Both the position numbers and the translations under genes were made by a program. This document shows positions 62,293 to 64,000 of a DNA stretch of 64,000 nt, in pieces. This DNA is from an uncultured Eubacteriales bacterium (lineage in GTDB: Bacteria > Bacillota > Clostridia > Oscillospirales > CAG-382), in assembly GCA_934446675.1 (NCBI GenBank), contig CAKSEL010000007.1:445-64444 (forward strand), read 5' to 3'. The notes beneath the pieces are model-generated. The model was not told the DNA's origin, did not search any database, and saw only the letters and a list, made by a program, of their open reading frames with translations. Numbering within the stretch: the first letter of the stretch is position 1; each line of letters begins with the position of its first letter.

Positions 62293-64000
62293 AATGAATT
62301 ACATAAATTACAAAAACGCCGACATTACAGGCGGATATTGGAGCAAAAAACAAAAGCTGAACCGCGACGTTACAATAAACGCGGTATATGACAGATTTCT
62401 GCACACCGGAAGAATAGACGCATTCAAATGCAACTGGCGCGAGGGCACCGAAAACAAGCCGCATTACTTCTGGGACAGCGACGTTGCAAAATGGATTGAG
62501 GGCGCTGCTTACATTCTCGCCAAAACGCCCGACAAAGAGCTTGAAAGCAAGGTCGAGAGCATTATAGACGACATTGAGAAAAACATGGGTGCAGACGGAT
62601 ATTTCAACATATATTTTACCGCGATAGAACCGTCAAAGCGCTTTTCCAACCGCGACTGCCACGAGCTTTACTGCGCGGGACACCTTATCGAGGCTGCCGT
62701 CGCGTACTTTGACGCCACGGGAAAAGACAGATTTTTAAAGCTCATGTGCAGATACGCAGACTATATATACGACGTGTTCTGCGTAAAACATTCCGCAGCC
62801 TTTGAAACTCCGGGACATGAGGAAATAGAGCTTGCTCTGTACAGGCTTTACAAGTGTACGGGCAACAAAAAACATCTTGAGCTTATGACGCACTTTCTGC
62901 TTGTGCGCGGAAACAATCCAAAGGACACCTACATGCCCTTTTACAACTATTCGGGCTATGCTCAGGACTATGCGCCGGTATTTGAACAGACGCACGCAAT
63001 AGGTCACGCCGTGCGCGCAATGTATCTTTACAGCGCAATGGCGGATCTTGCAAAGGAAACCAAAAATCCCGTATACGTAAAAGCCTGCCGCACGCTTTTT
63101 GACGAAATATATTCTTCAAAGATGTACATAACAGGCGCACTCGGCTCGACGCGGCACGGCGAAGCCTTTACAAAGCCGTATGATCTGCCGAATTCCGAGG
63201 CATATGCCGAAACCTGCGCGTCAATAGGGCTTATGTTCTTTGCAAAGAGAATGTCGGAGCTTGAAAACGACGCAGTTTTCGCGGACGTACTCGAAAGAGC
63301 AATGTACAACGGCATGATTTCCGGACTTTCGCTTGACGGAAAGAGCTTTTTCTACGAAAATCCGCTTGAGATAGATCTTGAAAAGCGTGACAGCCTTTAT
63401 TACCGCGACGCAAACGCGCCTATATACGGCATAACTCAGCGCGCCGAGGTTTTCAGCTGTTCCTGCTGCCCTCCAAATCTCAACCGTCTGCTTTCTTCGC
63501 TTTCGGGTTACATATACGCGCTGGATAAAGACACGGTTTTTATAAATCAGTATATGCAAAGCACGGCGCACCAAGACGGCGTTACGGTAAGCACCGTTAC
63601 GGACTATCCGCTAAACGGCGGCATAAAGATAAACATCGGCGGTGCAAAGAAAGCGGCGCTCAGAATTCCGTCGTGGTGCAAAAGCTTTAAGCTGAACAGG
63701 CAGTATACGCTCAAGGACGGATATGCTTACACCGATACCGACGGAGAAATTCTGCTTGAGCTTGACATGACGCCCTCCCTTGTCTATGCGAATCCCAAAT
63801 GCCGCGACCTCTGTTCAAGAGCTGCGGTGCAGAGAGGCCCCATAGTATACTGCGCCGAAGGCGTTGACAACGGCGGCACAAACCTTAACAACCTCTTTCT
63901 TGACGCAAACGCCGCATTTTCCGAACAATACAGCGAAGATCTTGACTGCACCGTGTTAAAAACAACGGGTTTAAGTGCCGTCGGAAGTGCAAATCTTTAC
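62293..64000 (+). CDS. Glycoside hydrolase family 127 beta-L-arabinofuranosidase (HypBA1-like); the 3' end lies outside the window. Not in the ORF track because no stop is reached.
   Basis: ATG at 62293 with AAGGAG 6 nt upstream. MNYINYKNADITGGYWSKKQKLNRDVTINAVYDRF..., HELYCAGHLIEAAVAY, and the FSCSCCPPNLNR Cys cluster typical of GH127. The frame stays open through 64000. Confidence 0.85.

Overview
The window looks like a spore-forming Firmicute of the Clostridia type. Evidence: an alpha/beta-type SASP gene, SLH cell-wall anchors, GGAGG-type RBSs and many hairpin plus T-run terminators. I saw no rRNA, tRNA, CRISPR array, transposase or integrase.

Gene content, left to right:
- 1-2.3 kb: a noticeably GC-richer block holding SLH-protein fragments and a truncated sortase-B-like gene.
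- 2.3-6.7 kb: an AraC regulator, a GH2 glycosidase and galE.
- 7.3-14.1 kb: a TetR / MMPL transporter / 1189-aa GLUG-repeat coiled-coil surface protein module.
- 14.3-15.6 kb: an SLH plus cadherin-like protein.
- 16.0-19.7 kb: larE-larB-larC (nickel-pincer cofactor synthesis), preceded by two small paralogous membrane proteins and a structured leader with its own terminator.
- 19.7-64 kb: a long AraC-rich glycan-utilisation region. It holds GH43, GH28-like, two SGNH esterases, GH38 alpha-mannosidase, GH27 alpha-galactosidase, two GH127-type enzymes, a sialidase-fold BNR protein, a clan GH-A enzyme and an SDR. It also holds three giant secreted CBM/SLH proteins of 923, 1701 and 1146 aa.
- Embedded in that region: a HAD / deoxyhypusine-synthase-like / RfaE-like kinase / mutarotase operon, a frameshifted mutarotase, ychF and a SASP gene.

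Most interesting items:
- An unannotated 43-aa AgrD-like autoinducing-peptide gene with LytTR-type direct repeats upstream, and no agrB/C/A anywhere in the window.
- The candidate riboswitch/attenuator and the paired small membrane proteins ahead of larEBC.
- The TetR-MMPL-GLUG module.
- A 30-bp element shared by two promoters 7.6 kb apart.

All family calls are motif recognition by eye on the translations. No database search was run.
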